Numbered from the stretch's first letter, positions 28,759-38,810 are shown. The stretch: DNA of 64,000 nucleotides from Methanomassiliicoccaceae archaeon (GCA_040776945.1 JAXGZN010000001.1:224001-288000); one strand, 5' to 3'. Numbers and translations: made by a program. Notes: generated by a model not told the origin, from the sequence alone.

Positions 28759-28834
28759 TGGTGGACAGGGGGGGATTTGAACCCCCGGCCTCTACCATGC
28801 CAAGGTAGCGATCTTCCAACTGATCTACCTGCCC
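28759..28834 (-). tRNA. tRNA-Ala(GGC), encoded CCA
   Basis: GGGCAGGTAGATCAGTTGGAAGATCG-CTACC-TT-GGC-AT-GGTAG...GGTTCAAATCC...TGTCCACCA; G3:U70 pair. Confidence 0.97.
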
Positions 28835-29275
28835 AGTGTTACCTGGCAAAGTAATGCCTCTAATTAAAGGTTTTCATACGGACCCAGACGTCCGGGCGCC
28901 GCCGGCCGCTCATGTGGTTGATGGCCTGGGGAGCGATGATGCGTGCTACCTCTCGGAAGATCTCCCGGCCTAGAGCCTGGCGTTGGTCGGACCAGTCCGC
29001 CTGTGAGCATGCCGGGAGAGCGGTCCCCGGTCGTGACGGTTCCCTCTTTCGCCGTTGTCCCCTCTCAGAACATGAAGCCTGTCCATGGCGACCATATGCG
29101 GCTTAGGCCCAGCATGGGCCAACGGCCGCCCGATGAAGGCGGACGAGAGCGATCGGCTCTGGAGGATGTGTTGGAGGGACCGGTACCTGATGCCCTTCCC
29201 TGCAAGATGTCGGGGACAAGGTGGGTTCAGCGTGAGAGGGCCACGCGACGCACGTTCCCTCCGAATGAGGAGAGG

Positions 29276-30691
29276 TCAGATGTCCAGTTTTCTCTGGAAC
29301 CGCATCTTCTCTCCAGGCACGTTCGTAGGGTACTCGCCGTTGAGGCATGCCAGGCACAGATCGTTCTCCGGGATGTTAAGCGCCTCCTCTAAGCCCTTTA
29401 GTGATATGTATCCGAGCGAATCAGCGGTCAGGTACTCAGCGATCTCCGGCATGGTCTTATTGTTGGCTATGAACTGTTCCCTTGTCTTCATGTCTACGCC
29501 GTAGTAGCATGGCGCGACCACAGGCGGGCATCCGATGCGCACATGGATCTCCCGCGCCCCGCCCCGTCGGAGCATCTGCACTATCTTGCGCAAGGTCGTG
29601 CCTCGAACGATCGAGTCATCGACCACCACCACTCTTTTATCCTTGATGGTTGACCGGATGGGATTGAGCTTAATGCTGACCCCTTCCTCCCTCTGGAGCT
29701 GCTCAGGCATGATGAAGGTTCGCTCGATATAGCGGTTCTTCATCAGCCCCTCGTCGTACGGTATGCCGGAACCGATGGCGAAACCGAGCGCGTGCGCGCG
29801 GCCCGAGTCGGGGACGGGGATCACCACGTCCGCATCCACCGGATGCTCTCTGGCAAGGATCTTGCCGATGATCTTACGGACTTCGTAAACCTCCCGGCCG
29901 TCGATCACCGAGTCCGGCCGGGCAAAGTATACCCACTCGAACATGCAGTGGGCCCTGCTAGATGGCCTTGCCGTTCGGGACGATGAGTATGAATCGGTTG
30001 TGATCTCGATGACCTCACCGGGCAGTATGTCTCTGATGAACTCTCCCTGCAAGATGTCGAACACCGCCGACTCTGACGCTAGACAATATCCGCGCGAGAG
30101 CTTTCCCAGGCAGAGCGGCCGGAAGCCCAGGGGGTCCCGGACCCCGAAAACCCGGTTCCCGATCATGATCACGAGGGAATAGGCCCCGTCGAGCAGCTTC
30201 ATCGTCGACCTTATCGCTTTTACAGGGTCCGCCCCCTGCTTGAGCTCGTTGGCCAGGATCCGCACTATGATCTCCGAGTCGGTTGTGGTCAAGAAGGCCC
30301 AGCCATCGCTCTGGTACTTTGACCTCAGCTTCGCCGAGTTGACGATGTCGCCGTTGTGACCTAGGGCCACGTCCCCGGCCGCCGATGTAACAACGATGGG
30401 CTGGGCGTTATCCGAGCAGGACGTACCCGTGGTGGCGTATCGGACATGACCGATGCCTACGCAGCCCTTCAGGGAATCGAACTCCTTGCCACCCAGTACC
30501 TCGTGGACCAGGCCGGCGCCCCTCAGGTAGGAAAGGCTGCCTTTATCGGAGACGGCTATGCCCGCGGCCTCTTGGCCCCTATGCTGCATTACTCGCAGGG
30601 CTCGCTTAAGCTCGGGGGCGGCCCTGACATCGAGGGCCATGGCGACAACCCCACAATAATGCTTGGGATCGTCATCCATCGGATCTACCAT
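29276..30691 (-). CDS. purF: Amidophosphoribosyltransferase
   Basis: Propeptide then CGV, QHRGQEAAG, GHVRYAT, VVVVDDSIVRGTT. Confidence 0.97.
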   Translation of the reverse strand: MVDPMDDDPKHYCGVVAMALDVRAAPELKRALRVMQHRGQEAAGIAVSDKGSLSYLRGAGLVHEVLGGKEFDSLKGCVGIGHVRYATTGTSCSDNAQPIVVTSAAGDVALGHNGDIVNSAKLRSKYQSDGWAFLTTTDSEIIVRILANELKQGADPVKAIRSTMKLLDGAYSLVIMIGNRVFGVRDPLGFRPLCLGKLSRGYCLASESAVFDILQGEFIRDILPGEVIEITTDSYSSSRTARPSSRAHCMFEWVYFARPDSVIDGREVYEVRKIIGKILAREHPVDADVVIPVPDSGRAHALGFAIGSGIPYDEGLMKNRYIERTFIMPEQLQREEGVSIKLNPIRSTIKDKRVVVVDDSIVRGTTLRKIVQMLRRGGAREIHVRIGCPPVVAPCYYGVDMKTREQFIANNKTMPEIAEYLTADSLGYISLKGLEEALNIPENDLCLACLNGEYPTNVPGEKMRFQRKLDI

Positions 30692-30695
30692 GAGA

Positions 30696-30863
30696 TCAGT
30701 GTTGCTTGGCCCAGGAATAGGACCTCAGTTTCGTGGTCTTACCATATCCACAGGAAGCGCAGGCTCCCTTCTGCATATTGTATGAGCTCTTCCCGCAGCG
30801 GCGGCAGGGGATGTGCGACTTGCCGCTTGACCTCTTACCCATTGATGGAGTGCCCTTTCCCAT
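30696..30863 (-). CDS. rpl37e: 50S ribosomal protein L37e, not in ORF track
   Basis: [55 protein letters not shown]. Confidence 0.96.
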   Translation of the reverse strand: MGKGTPSMGKRSSGKSHIPCRRCGKSSYNMQKGACASCGYGKTTKLRSYSWAKQH

Positions 30864-30875
30864 GTCCTAGTCTCC

Positions 30876-31091
30876 TTACGGTGAAATGTAAATGACGTTG
30901 TCCCCTCGCACGATGGTCACATCGAGCTTTCTCACCACTTCGTTGTTGATGAGCTCTTCTGCGTTCTTGAGGACCAGGTTCATGTGGGGATCGTATCCGT
31001 CGAGGATCCCCCGGTACTCCCTGTTGGCCTTCAGCTCGACGATCACGGGACGGTTGATCGCCTGGTTCAGAACGGTCAGAGGTTTCTGCAT
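30876..31091 (-). CDS. Sm-like (Lsm/SmAP) RNA-binding protein
   Basis: [14 protein letters not shown] and [12 protein letters not shown]; classic Lsm-rpl37e linkage. Confidence 0.96.
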   Translation of the reverse strand: MQKPLTVLNQAINRPVIVELKANREYRGILDGYDPHMNLVLKNAEELINNEVVRKLDVTIVRGDNVIYISP

Positions 31092-31151
31092 GTTACAGCC
31101 ACCAATCTGCCCGATAAACCGCGGAGTATTTTAAGCTTACTAGTGTGGGGC

Positions 31152-32252
31152 TTAAAGGAAGGCACCTATGGCAGGGGCGTCCAGACGGTCCATGTCGTAG
31201 GCGATTATTCCCTCGATCATGCCCTGTCGGTCGAGCTTGCCGCCACGGATATGAGCTATCAAGGAGGAGCGCCATAAAAGGTCCATGGCCGCCGCCGCCA
31301 GGGCGCCGTAATAGGTGTTAGAAAGATAGTCCTCATAGCCGTAGTCATCGACCAGGAAGCATGCATATCCATACATCGAGTCCCTGCGGTTAAGGGTGCT
31401 CATGTAAGAGCAGAAGACGTCGAGGCCCTGACCTTCGGGCACAAGCAAGGGAACCTGCTTCGGGTCGATGGTCCGCCGGGGATCGAGAGATCCATCGTCG
31501 TTCATCACTGACCACTCCACCTTGCCGTTCTTCGAAAGCAGGATGTTCCACTTCCCTTCGGGGTCGCAGTACACCGGTGCGGAGTAGACGTCGTCGGAGC
31601 TAAGGGACTCCAGGCCGGTCTCGGCCGCCGAGGCCTTGAGCTCCTTCGGATCATACTGCGGTGAGGACAGGGGGGCGGGGAGGGCTTCCATCTCCTCTTC
31701 CTCGGCGGACAGGTCGAGGACCTTTGCCAAATACTGGACGTCCGATAGTTCCTTGATGCGGGGAGCGACATTGCGCCGTAGCCCCTCGGGGGCCCTGTAG
31801 ATGCCCGAGTCGGCACAGTTGGCTTCGAACTCCCTGTACACCGCGCGAGATTCACGAAGCGCCCTAAGTAGCGCTTCACGGTTTTCAGCGACCATCTTGC
31901 CGCCTGTGACCAGGGCGTCCTCCCGTCCGCCGTACCATACTCCTCTGCATGATAGGTCCAGTTCCACCTGGACCCTCGTGCTGATATAGAGATGGAAGGG
32001 GAACTGACGGCAATAGTGCGGCCGGCTAGAGTAGATCTCGCATCGCCGGTTAACCCCTAAGAAGGTGCAGGGTCCCTCCCCCCCTTTGAGAGCAAGGGCG
32101 ACATGGCGGTGCGGCTCGCTCTTCATCACCACCCTAGACGGATGGTCCCTTTTAAAGAAAGGGACCTCATGGGGCAGCACCTCCGCCTGGCATAGGCAGC
32201 ACAGCCCGCACTTGTCGTCGCAGGTGAAGGTCCTGCCCTCAAGCTCCGACAT
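31152..32252 (-). CDS. YkgJ/CxxCxxCC Cys-cluster protein
   Basis: FTCDDKCGLCC...CTFL...CEIYSSRPHYCRQFPF; start uncertain. Confidence 0.85.
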   Translation of the reverse strand: MSELEGRTFTCDDKCGLCCLCQAEVLPHEVPFFKRDHPSRVVMKSEPHRHVALALKGGEGPCTFLGVNRRCEIYSSRPHYCRQFPFHLYISTRVQVELDLSCRGVWYGGREDALVTGGKMVAENREALLRALRESRAVYREFEANCADSGIYRAPEGLRRNVAPRIKELSDVQYLAKVLDLSAEEEEMEALPAPLSSPQYDPKELKASAAETGLESLSSDDVYSAPVYCDPEGKWNILLSKNGKVEWSVMNDDGSLDPRRTIDPKQVPLLVPEGQGLDVFCSYMSTLNRRDSMYGYACFLVDDYGYEDYLSNTYYGALAAAAMDLLWRSSLIAHIRGGKLDRQGMIEGIIAYDMDRLDAPAIGAFL

Positions 32253-32259
32253 GTCCACT

Positions 32260-33513
32260 TCAAGGTCCAGCAAAGACGTCCCTTCCTGCCCTCTCCCCGA
32301 CAACGCTTCCTTCCTCCACCACTACGCTTCCGCGCAGCATGACGGCGTGAGGGAATATGGCATCGAACCCTTCGTAGAGGGTCCAGCCGCACTTGCTGTG
32401 GAGGTTATTAACCTTTATGCCGCCCATGGACCTAGTGTCCACGATCATGAGGTCGGCATCCCTGCCCACCTCTATGCGCCCCTTGTTCAGTCCGAACAGC
32501 GCGGCCGGCCGTTCGGCCATCGCCCGCACCAGGACATCCAGTGGAAGCGTGCCCTTCTTGACCAGCGAGAGCATCACTGGCACTTGGGTCTCCACTCCCG
32601 GCATCCCCGATGGGGCCGCGGCGAACTCCTGCTCCTTCTCCTCGGCGGTGTGCGGTGCATGATCTGAGCCAAGCATCTCGATCCGGCCGGTGATGAACGC
32701 CTGAAGGAGCGCGAGGCGGTCCTGCTCCGTTCGCAGCGGAGGATTGACCTTGGCGAAGGCGCCGCTCTTGGACTCGCGGTCGAGGAGCATATGATGGGCG
32801 GCGACCTCCTTGTGCAGCTTCAGTCCCTCGGCGGCCCTCAGACCCTCGGCCGAGGATATATGGCATACGTTCACTCGGCATCCCAGTGGCGGGAGCTTGT
32901 TGATGGCCGAGACCTCGGCCTCGGCAGGACGGTTCCTCATGTGGTCATGGAGGTCGCGCTCCAGCTCGTTGCCTATCAGTGATTCATCTTCCGCGTGCAC
33001 GCTGAGCACCTTGCCTGTGGCCTTTACCTCGCGGCCGATGCGCTTCATGTCAGCATCCTCGGTCACCAGCAGATTCCCGGTCGAGGAGCCCATGAACATC
33101 TTGAACCCTGCTGCGAACGGTGCCATAGGTTCTAGCTTTTCCCTTGGCATGCACCCGGCGAACAGACCGTGGTCGATCCATGCCTTTCCGGAGATGGCTT
33201 CCTTCTTCTCCTTTAGGTCTATGAGCTTGACCGCCGGGGGCAGGGTGTTGGGCATGTCCAGAACGCAGCCCACCCCGCCGAACGCGGCAGCTAGGGTGCC
33301 GGTCGAGAAGTCCTCCTTGGCCGTGAGCCCGGGGTCCCGGAAGTGCACGTGCGGATCTATGGCGGCCGGCAGGATGAGCATGTGGCGGCAATCGATCTTA
33401 CGGTCCCCTTTGAGGTTCTTCCCCAAGGCCACGATCCTGCCGTCCTCTATGCCTATGCTCCAGTTGGACAATCTCCCCTTGACGAAGGCGCGCCCCTCAA
33501 CGACAAGCTCCAT
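32260..33513 (-). CDS. pyrC: Dihydroorotase
   Basis: IDPHVHFRDPG, DMPNT, KVNPPLR, GSDHAPH. Confidence 0.94.
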   Translation of the reverse strand: MELVVEGRAFVKGRLSNWSIGIEDGRIVALGKNLKGDRKIDCRHMLILPAAIDPHVHFRDPGLTAKEDFSTGTLAAAFGGVGCVLDMPNTLPPAVKLIDLKEKKEAISGKAWIDHGLFAGCMPREKLEPMAPFAAGFKMFMGSSTGNLLVTEDADMKRIGREVKATGKVLSVHAEDESLIGNELERDLHDHMRNRPAEAEVSAINKLPPLGCRVNVCHISSAEGLRAAEGLKLHKEVAAHHMLLDRESKSGAFAKVNPPLRTEQDRLALLQAFITGRIEMLGSDHAPHTAEEKEQEFAAAPSGMPGVETQVPVMLSLVKKGTLPLDVLVRAMAERPAALFGLNKGRIEVGRDADLMIVDTRSMGGIKVNNLHSKCGWTLYEGFDAIFPHAVMLRGSVVVEEGSVVGERAGRDVFAGP

Positions 33514-34105
33514 GCGTGATCTCCTTCCTTGTCACCCGTCCTCGCGGGCTCTGCTCGGCGAAGATCTCGCCCTCGAAACGATAGAGCTTGGTGCGCCGGT
33601 CGAGCCACATGTCCGGGGACATCCCTGCCTTCATGCACGTCTGCCCCAAGAACTCTTCGGAGTCCCATCCCCATTCCACCGGCACTTGCGGAAGGAGGAG
33701 GCCGCGGAAAGGGCCGTGCTCGATGATGAGACCGTCCCTGCCCACCTTCACCTTCTGGGGAAGCTCCTTTCGGTCCTTTACCACGATCTCCTCCGGGACG
33801 GTCAAGATAGTGACCTCGACCACGATTTTGTCAAGCTCATCCTCCTGTAGGTCCTCGAAGCGCGGATCATGGCAGGCATGCTGGGCAGCCTGCAGGATAG
33901 CGCTCGCCAGCGAGAACAGTGGCTCTGGAAATCCGATGCATCCCCGCAACAGATGGCTCGGGTACTGGTTGAGGGTAACGAAAACCCCGCGCTTCTCACG
34001 GAAGCTCTCGGGAGCGTTCACCTGGTTCTCGCCAGTTCCTTTAACCTCTGCATCCACGGCCTGCCTGGCCAATCTGACCGCTATCTCTCCCTCGCCGTCC
34101 TTCAA
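33497..34105 (-). CDS. AMMECR1 domain protein
   Basis: GVFVTL, LRGCIG, DPRF, GLLLPQV. Confidence 0.94.
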   Translation of the reverse strand: MKDGEGEIAVRLARQAVDAEVKGTGENQVNAPESFREKRGVFVTLNQYPSHLLRGCIGFPEPLFSLASAILQAAQHACHDPRFEDLQEDELDKIVVEVTILTVPEEIVVKDRKELPQKVKVGRDGLIIEHGPFRGLLLPQVPVEWGWDSEEFLGQTCMKAGMSPDMWLDRRTKLYRFEGEIFAEQSPRGRVTRKEITHGACR

Positions 34106-34213
34106 TGGTTCGACCCGTTAGTGAGTAGCGAAGGGGTTGCTTATCTTAGTTGCGAGCATGCACGGCCTTGAGGGGACCAATGTATTTCTACCGCTCGTTC
34201 GCATGGTTCTATC

Positions 34214-34804
34214 ATGGCCTTTGAACGAGCGCGGGACATCTATGTCGAGGAGATAATGAGCAGGGTGCCGGTAGTTGGCGGCCCGGACCTCACGGCCAGG
34301 GACCTCGCTGTCCTGATGCGGGCCATGAAGGTTGGGAGCGTCATCATCATCAAGGAAGGTTGCCCGATAGGCATCGTCACTGAAAGGGACTTCGTGGAGA
34401 AGCTTGTCGCCGAGGACCTCCGCCCGGGCGAGGTAAGGGCGGATGAGATAATGACCGCTCCCTTGGTGACGGTTTCCCCCAATGAAAGCGTGGCCGAGGC
34501 CGGGCGCAAGATGGCACGGCTGCATCTGAGAAGGCTTCCGGTGGTTAAGGACAATGGTCTGGTAGGCATGCTGACCGAGAACGATATAACGAGGCTTTCG
34601 CCCTCCCTTATCGAGATAACCAGGGAGTGGAGGAACATCAACGCTCCGGGCGAGGACGAAAGAAGGCAGGCATCGTTCGCCGGGTACTGCGAGAACTGCG
34701 AGAACTACTCATACGATCTCAGGCAGACCGGCATCGCCTCTGGGCGCGGGTCCCTTCTGTGCGCGGAGTGCCGTGATATCTTCGGCCGCGATCCGACCGA
34801 GTGA
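34214..34804 (+). CDS. CBS-pair protein with C-terminal Zn ribbon
   Basis: GIVTERD, RRLPVV...GMLTEND; CENC...CAEC. Confidence 0.9.
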   Translation: MAFERARDIYVEEIMSRVPVVGGPDLTARDLAVLMRAMKVGSVIIIKEGCPIGIVTERDFVEKLVAEDLRPGEVRADEIMTAPLVTVSPNESVAEAGRKMARLHLRRLPVVKDNGLVGMLTENDITRLSPSLIEITREWRNINAPGEDERRQASFAGYCENCENYSYDLRQTGIASGRGSLLCAECRDIFGRDPTE

Positions 34805-34805
34805 A

Positions 34806-35144
34806 CTACTCCAGCTCGATCTTGCGAAGGCCGGTCTCCGGGGGTTGTTCCTTGGACTCGATGTCCCTCACCAGGTTGATATGGGCATCCAATATGGCCC
34901 GGACCAGTAGAAGGCCCTCCCGTTTGGCGGCCAGGTAGTGCTGCTTTACTTCGTCTGGTATCATCTCCCGGGGGATCATGGAGTCGACTGCCAGGATTAT
35001 CTCCGTGGTGGCCCGTATCAGATGCTCCCGGGTCTCCCCGGAGAACATTGTCTCGCCCAACCTTTCCGCCTCGTGCCTGATCCGCCTCTGGCGGCCCGCC
35101 TCGTTCTCTGGTCCTGCCTCATTTTGCGTTTCTTCCCTGTCCAT
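34806..35144 (-). CDS. Small helical hypothetical protein downstream of ArsA/GET3
   Basis: Repeated HL..A..E.LL helices; C-terminal RKIELE; 1-nt gap from the upstream gene. Confidence 0.7.
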   Translation of the reverse strand: MDREETQNEAGPENEAGRQRRIRHEAERLGETMFSGETREHLIRATTEIILAVDSMIPREMIPDEVKQHYLAAKREGLLLVRAILDAHINLVRDIESKEQPPETGLRKIELE

Positions 35145-35145
35145 C

Positions 35146-36309
35146 TCAATCGCTCCTGAACGATATATGCAACCTGCCTTCCTTAAACTCCGCCTTGCTG
35201 GGTTCTTTCCGCGTGAAGGTGGTGGGGAGGGCTATCGACCTCCTGTACTGGCCTACCTCCACTAGAAGGTTGTCTCCCGACATATACAAGTGGACAGTGT
35301 CCTTCATGGTGAACGGCAGCTTCAGAGATATTATGTCCATGCCGTTGTCGGAATAGATCTCCATCGGCTTGTCGGTGGAGAAGTGCGTTACCGGGTCGAT
35401 GCCCCCGAACACCATCTCCCCAAGCTTCTCCAGGGACCGAATGCCGACCAGCTCCACTGGAAGCTGGGAAGCGGTGAGTATCTTGAGTGGATTGAAGGAT
35501 TCGTTGATTACCCTCATGTACTTCTCTTGCTCCTCGATCTTTTCCTTGAAGTAGCCGTTGTTGCCCTCAGGGATCAATCTGTTCACTACCAGGCAGTCGA
35601 CGGTAAGACCATATAGGCACATGTAGGTGAACGCACGCTTCGTTTCATTTATCACCATCTTCTCAGGATTGACCACCAAACGGACCGAGGTGACCTCAGG
35701 GTCCATCAATATCTTCTGGACGGCCTTCATTCGGGAGCCCAGTATCTCGAGGTCCTTGAGGAGCTCGTCCGATGGAAGCGGGGTGCTCATTACCTTTCCT
35801 ACGGTATAGCGGGCGAGGCGGATCAAGTTCTTCACAATGCCGTACATGCGGTCGATGTACCACCCTGAGACATCCGGGAAACTTAACAGCCTGAGCGTCT
35901 CCCCCGTAGGAGCGGTATCCATAACGATGACGTCGTAGACGTCCCGTTGGTAGAAATCGTCGATATAGAACAGGGCGGACATAAGTTCCATCCCGGGCAG
36001 TACAGCCATCTCCTTCGATGTGATGCCGTCCATCCCCTGTGACATGAAGAAGTCGGTGACGTATTTCTGGATCTCTTTCCAGCGGGTCTCCAGCTCATGA
36101 AGCATATCGATCTCAATGGCATCCAGGTTCGGTTCTATCCGGGTCATGCTGCCAGAAAGCGGCACTTCCAGGGAATCGGCCACTGAATGGGCCGCGTCCG
36201 TGGACATGAGGAGGGTCCGGTAGCCCATGCGTGCGGCCTTCAGGGCGGTGGCGGCGGCGACAGAGGTCTTGCCCACCCCACCTTTCCCAGTATAGATTAA
36301 CAGTCTCAA
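35146..36309 (-). CDS. ArsA/GET3 family ATPase with C-terminal HSP20-like domain
   Basis: GKGGVGKTS, STDAAHS, DTAPTGETLRLL; C-terminal RRSIALP..AEFKEGRLHISF. Confidence 0.92.
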   Translation of the reverse strand: MRLLIYTGKGGVGKTSVAAATALKAARMGYRTLLMSTDAAHSVADSLEVPLSGSMTRIEPNLDAIEIDMLHELETRWKEIQKYVTDFFMSQGMDGITSKEMAVLPGMELMSALFYIDDFYQRDVYDVIVMDTAPTGETLRLLSFPDVSGWYIDRMYGIVKNLIRLARYTVGKVMSTPLPSDELLKDLEILGSRMKAVQKILMDPEVTSVRLVVNPEKMVINETKRAFTYMCLYGLTVDCLVVNRLIPEGNNGYFKEKIEEQEKYMRVINESFNPLKILTASQLPVELVGIRSLEKLGEMVFGGIDPVTHFSTDKPMEIYSDNGMDIISLKLPFTMKDTVHLYMSGDNLLVEVGQYRRSIALPTTFTRKEPSKAEFKEGRLHISFRSD

Positions 36310-36429
36310 CAGTTCACCGAACTAATCCTATCTTGGTCCCTCTACTTGAAGGATATGCATGGAGGGAGGAATGGCCTCGTGACATTGAAAAAAGGAATGA
36401 ACGGGGCGCTGCCCCTTGATGATAGTTAG

Positions 36430-36533
36430 TGCCGGGGATGGGCTTTGAACCCATGACCTACGGATCTCCCGGACCCTGGCCTGTGGCCAGGACCTTATGA
36501 GTCCGTCGCTCCACCAGGCTGAGCCACCCCGGC
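36430..36533 (-). tRNA. tRNA-Met(CAT), elongator-type, 30-nt intron at 37/38 (36466-36495)
   Basis: GCCGGGG/CCCCGGC acceptor, ACGGA-CT-CAT-A|intron|A-TCCGT. Confidence 0.93.
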
Positions 36534-36544
36534 ATTGTTCAGTC

Positions 36545-37306
36545 TTATTCCACGATCTCTGGTTCCGAGTCCTCCTCGGCGACCTCTTCCTCCGCCGGGG
36601 ATTCCTCCTCCGAGACCTCTTCCTCTGAGGCTTCGGCGGCCTGCGCGGCCGCCTGTTCCGCAGCCTCCTGGCCGAACCTCTCTTGGATGCTCGGCTCGTC
36701 GGCCGCGACGGTGCCCGCTTCCAGCACCTCGCTCTTGCGGACCTCGATCCTCTTTATGGGTATGATGACCTTGGCCGCGTTGGACAGGTCCCGGGACAGG
36801 TCGCCGGTGATGACCGCTTTGATCAGCTCTGAGATGGTCATGTTTGCAGCCATATCGATCAGCGTGCTGGTCATTATGTTCCTTATGGCGGTCTCCTGCG
36901 CCGCCTGGATCCGCTGTTCGGTGATGCTCATTGGCTTTATTCGGACCTTGAACCCATCCTTGGTGCGGACATCGACCACATGATCGGTCTTTGTCCTCTT
37001 TCGCCTGGTCAGCCTGCGGACATAATCGCTCGTCAGCTCATGGCCTATGAAAGCTGTGTGAGCCTCGAGGCCCCTGACGTCAGTGACATTGAAGCGGATC
37101 TTGATGTGCATCTTGGAGAAGTCCCCTGTCAGTTCATGGACGGTGACCTCGGTTATCCTGCCCATCAACGCGGAGGGATCCGAGCTAGGTGTCTCCCCAA
37201 GCTCCACCTGATTGAACATGCGGGGAGCGTACAGCTTGTACCATTCTTTAGCCTTCCACTTGTCCTTGACCTTCCGCGCCGCCGTTTTCGCCTTCTTAAC
37301 CGCCAT
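36545..37306 (-). CDS. rps3ae: 30S ribosomal protein S3Ae (eS1)
   Basis: KDKWKAKEWYKLYAP, GHELTSDYVRRL, IEVRKSEV; acidic tail. Confidence 0.96.
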   Translation of the reverse strand: MAVKKAKTAARKVKDKWKAKEWYKLYAPRMFNQVELGETPSSDPSALMGRITEVTVHELTGDFSKMHIKIRFNVTDVRGLEAHTAFIGHELTSDYVRRLTRRKRTKTDHVVDVRTKDGFKVRIKPMSITEQRIQAAQETAIRNIMTSTLIDMAANMTISELIKAVITGDLSRDLSNAAKVIIPIKRIEVRKSEVLEAGTVAADEPSIQERFGQEAAEQAAAQAAEASEEEVSEEESPAEEEVAEEDSEPEIVE

Positions 37307-37515
37307 GAGCTAACCTCCGTGATAGTGCAACGACCCACAATAGTGTGTGGCAATCCTGCTCGGGTGAACGGGATAAGGGTCGAATGTACCACTTATATAA
37401 AAGCTTTTGTGTCTTGAACGGTAGGCGTATCAATTGCAAGGGAGGGCTATTGTCTTGAACGGTCCAATGAACTTAGCGGCAGGTTTGGGAACCTCGAAGA
37501 ACGATCAGATCATCA

Positions 37516-37725
37516 TTAGGCCTTCACGGCCTTCTTTGGAGCTGCCTTGGCGACCGTTTTCTTTGCGACCGCCTTCTTAGGCGCTGCGGCCTTCTTTGGA
37601 GCTGCCTTCTTCGCGGCGGTCTTGGCAGCAACCTTCTTCTCCTCGGTTTTCTTAGGCGCTGCGGCCTTCTTTGGAGCTGCCTTCTTCGCGGCGGTCTTGG
37701 CCTTGGTTGTGGTTTTCGCAGGCAT
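37516..37725 (-). CDS. Histone H1-like Lys/Ala/Pro-rich small basic protein
   Basis: MPAKTTTKAKTAAKKAAPKKAAAPKK...; AT-rich promoter region upstream (37745-37860). Confidence 0.75.
   Translation of the reverse strand: MPAKTTTKAKTAAKKAAPKKAAAPKKTEEKKVAAKTAAKKAAPKKAAAPKKAVAKKTVAKAAPKKAVKA
37574..37701. repeat. 53-bp perfect direct repeat, 75-nt period, inside the H1-like gene
   Basis: TTCTTAGGCGCTGCGGCCTTCTTTGGAGCTGCCTTCTTCGCGGCGGTCTTGGC at 37574 and 37649. Confidence 0.9.
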
Positions 37726-37949
37726 TTTTATCCAGGCATAGGTATAGCTAAAGTAATTGAATATCTTTTCTATTCAGATATTAGATTTTAACCGTCGATC
37801 ATACTGGTCGTTAAGAATTATATTCTTTCTCGAATTATAGATGACCCACTAGCCCTTTTTCCTAAGCCAGACAATTATTGATTAACGACAAAAAAACATG
37901 CAGGGGAAAGAAAAAGGATAGAAAAAGGGAGGCGCGCCTCCGTTTGTCC

Positions 37950-38810
37950 TCAGAAAGACGCTGGGACCTCTTGGAGATCGAGGCCGAGCTTCTCCTTGGG
38001 CACGCCCAGGGCAAGCCCGTAGAGCTGAGCGAGATGAATGACCGGGATGTCAAATCCCTTTATGTCCTTCTGGCCCCTGTCGAACTGCAGGTGGCAGAAC
38101 GGGCAAACATCGACAATGTACTGCGCGCCGGCCGCCTTGATGTTCTTCAGTTTCTCCTCGGTGAACTTGTTGGCAAGGGACGGGTTCCCTGAACGGACGC
38201 CTCCGCCCGCACCACAGCACATCATCTTGTCCTTGTAGTCGATGCTCTTTGCGCCGGTGACCTCGACAAGCTCGTCCAGGATCTTGGGACGCTCTGGATC
38301 GTCCAAGTGCTTGATGTTGCTGGGCTTTAGGAAGTGGCAGCCATAGTGGACCGCCACTTTCATGTCCAGGGGCTTCTTGATGTGGGACTTGATGTGTTCA
38401 AGCCCGATGTCCTTGTAGAACAGCTCGGCGAAGTGGTGGACCTTAACATCACCATTGTACTCAAGGCCTACCTCTCTCAGGATCTTGTTGACCGCCCGGA
38501 GCTTCTCCGGGTCATTGTGAAGGACATGCGCCGCATCATACAGCGAGCCGTAGCAACCATTGCAGATGGTGAGTATGTCCGCTCCCTTGTTCTGCGCGAG
38601 CGCCAGGTTCCTGGCGGCGATGGCGAGCCAGGCATCGCTCTCGAAGGACTTGATAACACCTGGAGCGGGGCAGCAGCCTGCGCCCTCCAGCTCTACGATC
38701 TCCATATCCAGCTCCTTGCAGATGGCGCGGGTGGAGGATTCGATACCGGGATATCTTGCGGGGGCCACGCAGCCTAGGAACAGGGCGTACTTCTTGGCCA
38801 TCTTAAGCAC
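37950..38810 (-). CDS. hdrB: CoB-CoM heterodisulfide reductase subunit B
   Basis: FLGC, GCCPAPG, CNGCYGSL, HYGCH, CCGAGGGVRS, CPFCHLQFD CCG motifs. Confidence 0.96.
   Translation of the reverse strand: MLKMAKKYALFLGCVAPARYPGIESSTRAICKELDMEIVELEGAGCCPAPGVIKSFESDAWLAIAARNLALAQNKGADILTICNGCYGSLYDAAHVLHNDPEKLRAVNKILREVGLEYNGDVKVHHFAELFYKDIGLEHIKSHIKKPLDMKVAVHYGCHFLKPSNIKHLDDPERPKILDELVEVTGAKSIDYKDKMMCCGAGGGVRSGNPSLANKFTEEKLKNIKAAGAQYIVDVCPFCHLQFDRGQKDIKGFDIPVIHLAQLYGLALGVPKEKLGLDLQEVPASF

Noticed and set aside
19600-28760. Integrated provirus or ICE at tRNA-Ala
   Set aside because: No integrase, structural or conjugation genes, and no duplicated tRNA 3' end found by eye
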